A stretch of DNA of 38,903 nucleotides, filler included, from Hemiscyllium ocellatum (GCF_020745735.1; 2 parts of 2 records of this genome joined end to end with filler, not necessarily neighbours in it), one strand, 5' to 3'. Shown: positions 12,020 through 22,997, counted from the whole stretch's first letter. Program-made: numbers and translations. Notes: generated by a model not told the origin, from the sequence alone.

Positions 12020-12700
12020 TTAGAGTCAGAGATTTGTACAGCACGGAAACCAACCCTTCAATCCAACTCATCAATGCTGACCAGATATCCGAAATTAATC
12101 TAGTCCCCTTTGCCAGCATTTAGCCCATATCCCTCTGAACTCTTCCTATTCATATACCCATCCAGATGCCTTTTAAATGCTGTAATTCTACCAGCCTCCA
12201 CCACTTCTTCTGGCAGCTTATTTCATACATGTACCACCCTCCACATGAAAAGGTTGGCCCTTAGGTCCCTTTTAAATCTTTCCACTGTCACCTTCAACCT
12301 ATGCCTTCTAGTTTTCAACAGCCCCACTCTGGAGAAAAGATCTTCTCTATTCACCCTATCTATGCCCCTCATGATTTTATGAACCATTATATTGTCACCC
12401 CTCAGCCTCCAAAGTTGCAGGGACAATAGCCTCAGCCTATTCAGCCTCTCCAGATAGCTCAAACCCTCCGACCCTGGCAACATCTTTGTAAATCTTTTCT
12501 GAAGCATTTTAAGATTCACAACATTATTCCTGTAGCAGGGAGACCAGAATTGCACACAGTATTCCAAAAGTGCCCTAACCAATGTCCTGTACAGCCGCAA
12601 CAGCTCCCAACTCCAATACTCAATGCACTGCCCAATAAAGGAAAGCATACTGAACAACATCTTCACCACACTATCGACCTGCAACTCCACTTTGAAGGAA
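12020..12700 (-). mobile_element. CR1 3' fragment predating the cluster duplication (paralogue ~30300-31040)
   Basis: IEYWSWELLRLYRTLVRALLEYCVQFWSPCY; same position and 5' end in both clusters. Confidence 0.85.
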
Positions 12701-12759
12701 CTATACTTTTTTTTGGATGAACTGGGAATCCTTCAGTTGTGAAAGATGCCATTCCATGA

Positions 12760-12955
12760 CACCATTGGAGGAAGAGCAGGCAGTTCCCCCAGTGCCCTGG
12801 TTAATACTTATACCCCAATCAAAATCAATAAAAATCTATTTCCCTGCTAATTATCATAATGTGTTTGGGATCTTACTGTGCACACTCTGCTGGAAAGAGC
12901 CATTGGGGCATCCTGAGTTGGGGACAGGTGCCACACAAATTCAAGTCTTTCTTTA
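12760..12955 (+). mobile_element. DeuSINE-like 3' fragment
   Basis: cccagtgccctggttaatacttat...gggatcttactgtgcac...aattcaagtctttcttt terminus. Confidence 0.5.
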
Positions 12956-14647
12956 AAGTTGGAGCTTCCTGATCCTGACCCTCACCCATTGTCCGTGCAC
13001 TCTCACCTTCCAGGGGTCATTGAGTCATTAGGAGAAGTGACCTTGGCTGACCCTGGGGCAGTGAGACTCTTTGTAGCCTCACCCTTGACCTCAGCCCATT
13101 GGTGTGCAGCAAGGTTTGAAATGTAATCTGGAACCTTCCACATGGACACCCAATGAAGTGTGTGGATCCAAGTCTGCTCCAATGTTCTCAGATAAAGTTC
13201 TCCTGATCTGTGGGTGATAGCAGGTTTGTTAAAGATGTATTGAGCTCCATCCTACTTTCCAGCTTTTCTCCATAGCTCTGGAGGTTTCGCTGTTTCAAGT
13301 GAATATTCAAGTGTTTTTTCAATGTGATGATGGTTTTGGCCTCTCCCACCCTTTCAGTCAGTAAGTCCCAGATCTCACCAGCCTCTGGGTGGAAACAGTT
13401 ACTCCTCAACTCCCCTCAAACCCTGCCCCAATTCATTTCAATCTCTCCCCATGGCTATTGCTTCTCTGCTGATGGAAATCAGTCCTTCCTACCCACTCTG
13501 TCCAGGGCCCTTATCATTTTACACATCTCGAATGCTCCACCCTTCAATACAATCACAGCCGATCATCCAACACAATCCCCTGTTCCTCCTTTCTCCCCAC
13601 ATTCTTTGATCCCTTTAATCCTAAGAACAATATTTAATTCCTTCTTGAACACATACCACATCTAATTCCCTCATACTGGAAGAATGGATGAGAATTATTG
13701 GGTTGTTATTTTTTGACCAGTATGGACACAATGGGCTGATGGGCCTTTTGGGTCTCTATGATTCTATGATTGTATATTATGAATAACTGGGTACCAAGGA
13801 CTGACCCCTGTAGTATGACAATTGGTAACTACCTGCCATTCAGAAAAAGACTTGTTGTTTCTGTCCTGTCTGCCGACCAGTTCCCAATCCATGTCAGTAC
13901 ATGACCTCAATCCTCTTGTTCGTTGGGATTTTCCTGATTCAGTTGGACATATTTCATCCTGTCAGTTCTTTGCCTTCCTCAGGTCCTGTTCAATGTCACC
14001 CCTGCATTTTCTATCCTCCTCTCAGCTTTCTGCAGGTTTGATCTCCAGATAACCAACATCACCATCCCTGTTTGGTCTTCCCTACTCTGCTGCCTTTTGA
14101 CATCCCAGGCTGAGAGTCTATATTTGGGAGTCTCACCCTTACTCATTGTGGGAACAGATTCTGAACAATCTCTGTCTCATCCTTCGAGGTCTCCCACTGC
14201 CCTGACACTGATTTTCCATCATGTACTTGATTTCAGTCCACTTTGCTAAATCACCGCACAGTTTAGTAAAATAGTTCATTCCCAAATGAAAACTTTTACA
14301 CTTGCTCCATTGTTCTCCATTTCCATCCGTACACTCAATCTGAGTTCTGATCACTGTCACTGAAATGCTCCCCCATTGATAGCCCTTCCAGCTGCCCACA
14401 TTCATTCCCTAAATGATGGTCTAAAACTATCCCTTCTCTTTCAGGGGCAATTAGGGATGGGCAATAAATGCTGGTCCTGGCAGTGACTCTCATATCCCAT
14501 GAAGCAATTTAAACAATACCTGTTCTTTTGTCGGGTCTATTCTGTATTGACTCTAAATGTTCAATATGATTGTATTGCCAGTGAATATACTGAGAGTCAA
14601 AATCCATTTGCTTTGCAGGGATTAAAATTGTTTCTCTTGTCTTTCAG

Positions 14648-14954
14648 TCCGTGAGAACTCTCAGCCCAAGCTGACCCTGCTGCCCCCCTCCCCGGAGCAG
14701 GTCAATGCCAAGGGCACTGCCACCCTGGTGTGCCTTGCCAATCACTTCTATCCTGATGAGCTGGAGGTGCAGTGGAAGAAGGACGGTGCAGTCATTTCGG
14801 ACGGGGTTCAGACCAGCAACTACCTGCGAGCTTCGGACAGCACCTACAGTGTCAGCAGCCTGCTGACCCTCTCTGGGTCTGACTGGGAGTCGAACACTCG
14901 CTTCTCCTCCCCTCTCCCCTCAGCAAGAGCATCAGGAGATCAGAATGTGTGTAG
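14648..14954 (+). pseudogene. IGKC: Ig kappa-type light-chain constant exon, copy A, with 22-bp frameshifting deletion
   Basis: Acceptor ctttcag|; translates RENSQPKLTLLPPSPEQVNAKGTATLVCLANHFYPDELEVQWKKDG...YSVSSLLTLSGSDWESNTRFS; versus copy B lacks tgtgccctcacccacgtgaccc after 14907 (second Cys lost); native SKSIRRSECV* is out of frame. Confidence 0.95.
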
Positions 14955-15476
14955 AGTGTTGGAGACAGTCCACAGAGGAGACACAACTTTAAATAGAACA
15001 GGGCTGAGCTGGCAGGACAAAGGTCATTGTCAGCACTGAATTTCAACTCCCTTCCTTCTCAGGACTGGCTCAGAGATACATCTGAGGTTTGGATGTTGAA
15101 GTCGGTCACTGCGACAGTATCAAGAGACTTTGCGCTATGTCAAAGCTCATGTTGTCCTTGTCTGGGGAGTGTTTGATTGGGAAGTGTTGACTGTATGCCA
15201 AGTAAAATCTCTTGAAGTTGCTGAAGACTGTCAGCTGTACAAAACAATGTGAACCTCAGAAGTCTCTGCTTCAGTAAACCAGATCTTCTTCCTGCTCCGC
15301 TGTCAGTTCCAATTTAAGGTTTTATCACTGTTTAAAGGGACAGGATTCTCATGTTATTGAGCAAATCTTCACAAGTGTTTTCCTCAAACGCCATTGTGGC
15401 TGTGAATTTGAGCAGCTTCCTCTGTCTGGGCTGTTAGTTGCAGTTTTTTTTCTGTCAATGTGAACGTGGAAAAGGG

Positions 15477-15482
15477 AATAAA
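15477..15482 (+). terminator. polyadenylation signal of C copy A
   Basis: AATAAA ~520 nt after the native stop, followed by a GT-rich tract; conserved at 32487-32492. Confidence 0.7.
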
Positions 15483-15824
15483 GATGAAGATTCAATCTCT
15501 GTTTCGTGTGCTTTGGAAATAGATGACCCCCTCCCCCTCCCCAGTTGATTGGCTGCATCTCAGCAGGTCATTGTCACAATTGGTTGCTTGGCCTGTCAAT
15601 CAATTACAATCATCTATCATTAATCATTTTCAAATGATCCCTTTGGTCAGGAATTTATGTAGGTTACAAGATTCCAAAAAGAACAGAAACTGAAAGTTGT
15701 TAGGACTCAATAAGTACAACCCGACGCATTCCTTCCAGGCCCAGCTGATGGGATTGCACTGTGCAATCTCTGTGGCGTGTTGGGTAGCCCCTGAAACAAT
15801 CTTCAGCCATTCACAGACATTGTC

Positions 15825-16007
15825 GGCTGTGTCTCTCTCAGTGTGTGTTACTTAGTGCAGCCTGTAGGTGTCTCTCTCAGTGTGAGTGTGTTACTCTGTG
15901 CTGCCTGTAGGTGTCTCTCTCAGTGCGAGTGTGTTACTCTGTGCTGCCTGTAGGTGTCTCTCTCAGTGCGAGTGTGTTACTCTGTGCTGCCTGTAGGTGT
16001 CTCTCTG
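15825..16007. repeat. 43-bp minisatellite, ~4.3 copies
   Basis: cctgtag ends at 15867, 15910, 15953 and 15996; unit gtgtctctctcagtgcgagtgtgttactctgtgctgcctgtag. Confidence 0.95.
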
Positions 16008-16141
16008 AGGTCTGTGTCTCCGAGCGATGGATTGAGAATGGGCTTTGTGCTGGGGATTGAAGATCAGGCTTTAATCTTCTCAAATCATGAATGAAAAACA
16101 GCTCAGCTGATTCAGTCTGAGAGGCAGTTCATTCAGATGGC

Positions 16142-16240
16142 CAAAGTTAAAAAGCACACAATACCAGGTTTGAGTCAAACAGGTTTATTTGGAAGTAGAA
16201 GTACTCGGTGCGCTGTTCCTTCATCAGCTAGCTGGAGGGG
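16142..16240 (-). mobile_element. PLE terminus shared with cluster B (34810-34900); hammerhead core decayed in this copy
   Basis: - strand gCTGATGA AGGAAC AGC GCACC GAGT ACTT (GAAA lost). Confidence 0.6.
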
Positions 16241-16919
16241 CAGGATCACAGGACACAGAGTTTATAGTGTTTCATATGGCAGCTGAGAGTGTATTCTCGG
16301 TAAAGGAGGGGTTTCAGAGGCAGTGGGCACTGTGCTCCCTAATGTGTTGCCCAATTACAAGGGGATTTTCTGGATACAGGTTCAGAGCAGTAGTGGCTGC
16401 CTGCCCAGCCAATGCTGGCTCACCATAGTTGTATTTCAGTTGTCAATTAGCCCGAAATTAGGAGCAGCAATATTACCTTCCAGGGAGGGGAGCTGTCTGA
16501 GGGAGGGAGGTTGAATTCTTGCAGCTCCAAGAGAGGTTGCCGTGGATTAATGACAGGTATGACCACCATGAAGGTGCCAAGTTCTCTCCTCCTGTCCCAG
16601 CTGTGATGCCCCTCAGGTTAAAAACGTGACTGTGCTCCTTTAGGATGATGACCATGTTCCTGGGTGAGGTAGGGAGGGAAGGTCAGCCTCCCCCAAAGGC
16701 AGCACAAGCTGGATCGAAGGGGCATCAAGAGTAAGCATGGGGAGATTGAGGGTGACAGAAGGAGGGTGTTGGTTCGCAGGTTGTTATTCAGTCAGGTCGC
16801 AGAGTCCTGCTCCTTGGATGCTGCCTGACCTGCTGCACATTTTCAGCACCACATTTTCAGCTCTGATCTCCAGCATCTGCAGTCCTCCCTTTCTCCTATC
16901 AATACTTCTGACAGTCCCC

Positions 16920-18080
16920 ATTTATTTTTCTTAGAACCTCTGACACTCCTGTTTATTTTTTTTCTATTGCCCTACTCTACTGCCTAACAGTGGTCTTGCT
17001 TATTTTTTCCCCAGCACCCATGGTGTGTGTGTGCAGGTGTGAGACACAGTGAGAGACACAAGGTGTCCGAAACTTGATTCAGTTTCCACCATCAGGAAGA
17101 AAGGAAACACCCGAGTGGCCTGTGACAAGCAGTGCCCTTCACATCAAAGGGCAATGCTGTGTGATCAAACAGTGAAGGGGAGCGCAGGGATTAAATCAAA
17201 ATAGAGTTGGAGGGGGATATAATGCCCTCCACTCCCTGCGGCGCCCCCCTCTCCTTGAACAACTCCAGGGTGTTGGTGGACACCGCGTGCTCCCTCTCCA
17301 AGGACACCCGGGTTCTAACGTAACCAGGGAAGAGGAGCAGGCAGTCGGCCCTCACGTCCCCCTCCACGGCCCGCTGCCTGGATCTGTTTATGGCCAGTTT
17401 GGCCAGGCCCAGGAGCAGACCCACGCGCAGGTCTTCAGACATGCCCTCTCTCCTCCGTACCAGGTGCCCGAAGATCAGGAGCGTGGGACTGAAGTGCAAC
17501 CAAAAACAGAGGAGGAGGTTTTTAAGAAAATCAAGAAGGAAGTGCAAACGCCCACACCCAATATATACGTGGTCCATGGACTCCACAGCACCACAGAACA
17601 AGCAGTTGTGCTGGGAGTCTGTGAACCACCGCAATCTGCGGTTGCAGGGGACTGCTGCATGCAGCACCCTCCACCCCAGATCCCGAGAGAAATGGGGAGG
17701 ACTCCCACTTAGAGAGCCCTCCACCGGGGATCCCTCCCCTGACCTCGAGCTCTCTGAGGCTAAAACGTCTGTCCTCAGGAAAAGGCTCACAGTCGTCCCG
17801 CCCGACCCCACCTCAACAAAACGCGCACCCGCCACGAGCGGAGCTCTTCTTCCGCTGCCTCTACCTCCGTGTCTTTTTCTTTAACAAAAACTCCCAACCT
17901 CCCTCTGAGGACCCCTCGTCCCACCTCCAACATTCCTCCTTCACTTGGTCACCCCCCCAATCCCCCACCACCAGCTGTGTACACATCCTAGACCTCTTCA
18001 GTGCTGACCACTGAGGTGACATTAGCAGCCTCATTTTCTCCATGTCCTCCCGCAACCCCGTCACCCTCTCCAACCAACCC
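16920..18080 (-). mobile_element. Tx1/L1-clade non-LTR retrotransposon 3' fragment
   Basis: ORF 17191-17835: DLGWRVLHAAVPCN...CLFCGAVESMDHVYIGC (zf-RVT CCHC knuckle)...LLGLAKLAINRSR. Confidence 0.85.
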
Positions 18081-18094
18081 TACTCTGATTGAGG

Positions 18095-20166
18095 ACTCCA
18101 CTTTCTCTGCACCAACCCCTGGTTCACTATCAAGCCCACTGACAAAGGTGGGGTGGTGTTAGTCTGGAGAACAGACCTAAATGTCACATAGGGCGAACGC
18201 CAATTCTCCAACACTATGCCCTACTTTTCCCTTGCCCATGACCCCGCGGTGACCCATCAGGCCAAAATCACTTGCACTATCAGTGCCCCATTGCCTCCAG
18301 TGATCTCCCCTCCATTGCCTCCAATCTCATAGTCCCCAGCCCCACAAGGCCCAGTTCTATCTGCTCCTCAAGATCCACAAGTCCAACTACCCCAGCTGAC
18401 CCATTGTCTCAGCATGCTCCTGCTCTACCGAACTCCTCTCATCCTACCTCAACTCTCCTCCTTGTTTCAGGCACTTCCCACCTACATCCGCTACACCAAC
18501 CACACCCTCCATCTCTTCAGTAACGTCCAGATCCCCAGCCCTGAGCACTTTATCTCCACTATGGATGTGCAGTCCTTATATATGTCCATACCCAATAAGG
18601 ATGGCCTCCAGACCCTCCACCTTTTCCTCTGCAACAGACCTATCCAGTCCCCTCCACCAATTCCCACTCCAACTTGCTGAACTAGTCCTCACCCTCAACA
18701 ACGTTTACTTTAACTCCTCCCATTTCCTCCAAATCCAGAGAGTGGCCATGGGCACCCAGATGGGCCCCAGCTACGCTTGCTTCTTTATCGACTATGTTGT
18801 ACAGTCCCTCTTCAGTATCTACGCAGGCACTGTGCCCCAACTCTTCCGCCATTACATCAATGACTGCATCAGTGCAGTGACCTGCACCCAGGCTGAACTG
18901 GAGCAGTTCATCGGCTTTGCCCACAACTTCCACCCCGTCCTCAAATTCCCTTGGTCCATCTCGGACACCTCCCTCCCCTTTTTTGACCTCTCCATTTCCA
19001 ATTCTGGTGATAATCTACAGACAGACATTTACTACAAACCCACAGACTCCTATATCTAACTGGACTACACCTCTCACCCAGTATCCTGTAAGAACTCCAT
19101 TTCATTCTCCCAATTCCTCTGCCTCTGCCCCATCTGCTCGGATGAGGAGATATTCCACTGATCACAGATGTCCAACTGTTACGAACAATGTGCTTTTCCT
19201 CCTTCTGCCATCCACTGCACCAGGTCTATTTCCTGTTCCACTGCTCTAAACCCACCCCCCTCTAAATACAATAAAGGCAGAATCCCTATTGTTGTCACCT
19301 ATCACCCCAGCCATCTCTGAATCCAACGCATCATTCTTAAACACTTCCATCAACTCTAACTAGACAACACCAACAAATACATCTTCCTCTCCCACCCCTG
19401 GCTGCCTTCCACAAGGACCATTCCCTTCGATAATTCTTGATCTGTGCCACTCGCACTGCAACCATCCCGAACCCCTTGGTACCTTCCCTGCAACCTGAAA
19501 ACATGCAAAGCCTGCTGGTACACCAATCCCACACCTCCATCCAGGCCCCAAACAGTCCTTCCAGGTAAGACAGAGGTTCACCTGCTTCTCCTCCAACCTA
19601 GATTACTGCATCAGGTGTTCCCCATGTGGTCTTCTCTACATCGGGAAGAGCAAACGTAAACTGAGGAACATTTCACCGAACATCTCAGCCGGACCCACAG
19701 GGGCTGAGCAGTCCTACCAGTCAGCACCCATTTTAATTCCCCTTCCCACTCCATTTTTGACATGACCATCATTGGCGTCCTCCATTGCCACAATGAACCA
19801 AACCACATATTGGAGGAACAACATCTCATCTTCCTTCTGGCAGCATACAGCCCAGATGACTCAACATTGAGTTCTCCAATTTCAAATAACCTCCCTTCCC
19901 ATCCCCTGACTCCCTTCCCAGCACCTCTCCCTCCCTTCCACTACTCCCTTACACCTACCAGATTCATTCCTCCCACTGACCAACCAGGTCATACCCTCCA
20001 CCTGTCATCACCTATCCCCACTTCATCATCCTGTCCCCCGCCACCTCTTTATCTGCAGCTCCCCTACACCCACTCCCATTCCTGAAGAAGGGTTCCACCT
20101 GAAACATCAGCTTCTCCACCGCCTGATGCTGCCTGACTTGCTGTGTTCTTCCAGCCTCCTGCCTGT
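18095..20166 (+). mobile_element. decayed Penelope-like element (RT + GIY-YIG + terminus)
   Basis: IKPTDKGG, TMDVQSLY, AMGTQMGPSYAC, HYINDC, YYKPTDS and YIGKSKR motifs across frameshifts; terminus CTGAAGA AGGGT TCC ACCT GAAA CATC at ~20082-20108. Confidence 0.9.
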
Positions 20167-20329
20167 CATTGAATGGAACCAGCAGGAAAGGGTCAGACAA
20201 TCAAGGGTGAGGCTCACAAACAAATGGGAATGGGACGTGCTACAGACAGATGCATTGAGCCAGTCAATCACAAAGAGAAGACCAAACTGGAAATGCAAAA
20301 CTAATACACAGTGGATGGAATTTAATATC

Positions 20330-20630
20330 AGAAAAGTGTGAGACCATGAACTTGGGCCAGAATAATCTAAAGGCTGACTATTATTTAAATAGTGAGAGAT
20401 TCCAACAAAGTGCAGTACAGAGTGATCTGGGTAGTATTGTGCACGGGACACTGAAAGTTAGTGCAGGTACAGCGAGTAATTGAGAAGGTAATGGAATTTT
20501 CACCTTTATTGCTGGGGGTTGGAATTTTAAAGTGGAGAGAGTCTTGTTAAAACTGTACAGGGTATTAGTGAGGCTGCATCTGGGGTATTGTATGCAATTT
20601 TGGTCTCTGTATTTAAGAAAGGATGGACAG
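20330..20630 (+). mobile_element. CR1 RT C-terminal fragment
   Basis: ERVLLKLYRVLVRLHLGYCMQFWSLYLRKD. Confidence 0.7.
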
Positions 20631-20706
20631 CCGTTGGAGTCTTCCTCCAACTCCTATTTCCCATGTCCTTGTGTGCTCCAGTGTCCTTCCCTCACAGCAG
20701 AGCTGG

Positions 20707-21472
20707 TTTTTTTTTAATTTCAAAAATATACTTTTATTCATAAAAATATGCATAGAATAATTTGATACATGTACATTAGGTAATGCCATTATATTTCCAC
20801 ATTTACATACACAGCTCGAATTATCATTATTAATACAGATCAGTGCATTTCTACTCATATGAGCTGAGGTGTCAGCAGAGCCCAAATGACTGCATGGGCC
20901 CCTGCTTTTCTTTAGACAGGCAGATGTTAAACGGTGGTTTCCCCACCGCGCCTTGGCAGCAGCTGCCCCAAGCTTCAGCGCGTCCCTCAACACGTAGTCT
21001 TGGGCCTTGGAATGTACCAGTCTGCAACACTCAGTCGGGGTCAACTCCTTCAGCTGAAGATCAACAGGTTTCGGACCGCCAGAGAGCGTCCTTCACCGAG
21101 TTGATGATCTCCAGGCGCAGTTGATGTTCGTCTCGGTGTGCTTCCCGGGGAACAGGCCGTTAGAGCACGGAGTCCCGCGTCACGGGCTGCTCGGGACGAA
21201 CCTCGACAAATACACTGCATTCCTCTCCAGACTTCCTCTGCATAGGCACATTCCAGAAGGAGGTGTGTGACAGTCTCGTCCCCCCCCGCAGCCGCTTCGA
21301 GGGCCAGAGTGCGGTGTAGCAGAGAGTCCGGGCTGTGCATAACGATCTCAACAGGTAGAGCCCTTCTCACCACCAGCCAAGCCATGTCTTGGTGCTTGTT
21401 GGAAAGTTCTGGCGATGAGGCATTCTGCCAAATTGCTTTGACAGTCTGCTCAGGGAACCACTCAACAGGATC
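20707..21472 (-). mobile_element. second Tx1/L1-clade element, 3' end intact, 5' end lost in the gap
   Basis: WLVVRRALPV...GGDETVTHLLLECAYAEEVWRGMQ; CCRLVHSKAQDYVLRDALKLGAAAAKARWG; AATAAA (20733-20738, - strand) and poly(A) at 20707-20715. Confidence 0.85.
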
Positions 21473-21572
21473 NNNNNNNNNNNNNNNNNNNNNNNNNNNN
21501 NNNNNNNNNNNNNNNNTTAATTAATTAANNNNNNNNNNNNNNNNNNNNNNNNNNNNNNNNNNNNNNNNNNNN
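21473..21572. other. 100-bp scaffold gap: N44-TTAATTAATTAA-N44 (artificial spacer)
   Basis: Symmetric N runs around a palindromic 12-mer with TAA in all six frames. Confidence 0.95.
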
Positions 21573-21798
21573 ACCCAGAAGGTGGTGGGAGTCTGGAACT
21601 CACTGCCTGAAAGGCTGGTTGAGTCACAAACTCTCGTGACATTGGAGCAGTGTTCAGATATTCCCTTGTGTTGCTGTAGCCTCCAGGGTGATGGGCCAAG
21701 AGCTGGAGAATGGGATTAGTGTCATTAGATCTTTGTTTACTCACACGGACACAATGGGCCAAATGGCCTCATTCAATGTTGTTCACATCAATGATTCT

Positions 21799-21840
21799 CA
21801 GAGAGAGAGAGAGAGAGCGAGAGAGGGAGAGAGAGAAGAG
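21799..21840. repeat. imperfect (GA)n tract upstream of the V promoter
   Basis: Direct reading of the sequence. Confidence 0.85.
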
Positions 21841-21854
21841 GAAGTGTGAGGGGC

Positions 21855-21934
21855 TGACGTGGCTCTCTCTGCCTGATGCCATTTACATACTGAGGAACAC
21901 CCAGTCAGACTCTCACAGGCTGCAGCTTTATAAA
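21855..21934 (+). promoter_or_regulatory. Ig V-gene promoter: CRE-like TGACGTG, variant octamer ATTTACAT, TATA box
   Basis: TGACGTG 21855-21861; ATTTACAT 21881-21888 (1 mismatch to ATTTGCAT); TATAAA 21929-21934, 60 nt before the ATG. Confidence 0.75.
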
Positions 21935-21994
21935 GCAGAGCCCAGTGAAGGGAGAGTTTATCAGGAAACAGGCACAGGGACAGGAGCACACATC

Positions 21995-22043
21995 ATGATT
22001 TCACACATCCAGTTAATCTGGCCCCTGGCATTCTGTGTCGCAG
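21995..22043 (+). pseudogene. IGKV: leader exon of the kappa-type V gene
   Basis: ATG...GCA G|gtac; MISHIQLIWPLAFCVA; phase-1 donor; 186-nt intron to acceptor ccctcag| at 22229. Confidence 0.9.
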
Positions 22044-22229
22044 GTACAAATCTCTCTCCTTCCACCTTGAATCTTTAGCTGCTCTCCATTTCACTCCAAT
22101 TCCACTGACTTGTGATTGAAGGGAAAATGCTGAAACCAGAGGAATGCTCAGTGTCTCCAACAATCTCTCATTTGACAGGCTCTTTCTGTGACAGTTCTGA
22201 CTTCACTGTGTTTCTCTCTGACCCCTCAG

Positions 22230-22525
22230 TTATCAGTGGGGACATCATCATGACCGAGTCTCCCCGGGTGCTGTTAATGGGACTGGGCCAGACTGCAACC
22301 ACCACCTGGATGACCAGTCAAAGCATTAGCAGCTACCTTGCTTGGTACCAGCAGTGAGAAGGTCAGAAACCCTCTCTCCTTATCTATGATGCAAAAAATC
22401 GATTCACAGGAGTCTCCAATCGATTCACCGGCAGTGGATCAGGGACCAGTTTCACCCTGACAATCAGCAACGTTCAGAATGAAGATGTCGCTGAATATTA
22501 CTGTCAGCAGTATAGCAGCAGCCTT
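22230..22525 (+). pseudogene. IGKV: Ig kappa-type V exon, pseudogene
   Basis: [97 protein letters not shown]; TGG at the Cys23 position (22307-22309); TGA at 22355-22357. Confidence 0.96.
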
Positions 22526-22553
22526 TACAGTGATACAGTGCCATACAAAAACC
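22526..22553 (+). promoter_or_regulatory. 12-bp-spacer RSS with mutated heptamer
   Basis: TACAGTG + atacagtgccat + ACAAAAACC (perfect nonamer). Confidence 0.93.
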
Positions 22554-22579
22554 TCAACACGCACAACACCACCTTCTGT

Positions 22580-22695
22580 ACTGACACATCCAACAGTTAT
22601 ATGAAATGTATAATAATGGACAAACAGTCCCATCTCCTGCACTGACACATCCACAGTTATATATAAAGTAAATTGAACAAATTACCCCATGCTGG
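22580..22695. repeat. diverged ~61-bp tandem duplication in the V-J interval
   Basis: actgacacatcc(a)acagttatat starts at 22580 and 22641. Confidence 0.7.
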
Positions 22696-22997
22696 GTTTG
22701 TCACTGTCCACTACACACTCCAGTCCCTGTGGTGTCCACCGCTCACTGAAGGCCTCAAGTTTCCCTCTTACACTCCATGGCCACATGTGAAGAACAGCTG
22801 CAAGATTTAACAATGAAAACTAAATTTCACAAACCCCCGAGAGTAGCTGGACACAACCCCGGAAGACAGAGAGAGAAAGACACATGAATGAGGGAGAGAC
22901 AGAGAGGGGTAGGGAGTGAATGAGATTGACCAAGAATAGACAGAGACAGAGAGAGACAGGGAGAGGTTGAGAGTGACAGGGGGAAGCAGAGAGCAGA

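Larger units (their letters stand above)
11070..16920 (+). repeat. cluster-duplication unit A (homologous to ~29355-35680)
   Basis: Collinear blocks 11110-12742/29355-31096 and 14446-16920/31438-35680 with shared ancient TE fragments. Confidence 0.9.

Noticed and set aside
15825-16007. Regular repeat array as a CRISPR-like structure
   Set aside because: Contiguous tandem units with no unique spacers, in a vertebrate genome
16328-16334. CACTGTG conserved 3' of both C exons as a kappa-deleting-element candidate
   Set aside because: No acceptable nonamer at either spacing in either paralogue
17287-17884. 141-aa and 164-aa + strand ORFs
   Set aside because: Antisense frames of the GC-rich Tx1 ORF2
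21517-21528. TTAATTAATTAA palindrome as a piggyBac TTAA site or biological element
   Set aside because: Centred in a symmetric 100-bp N gap; assembly spacer
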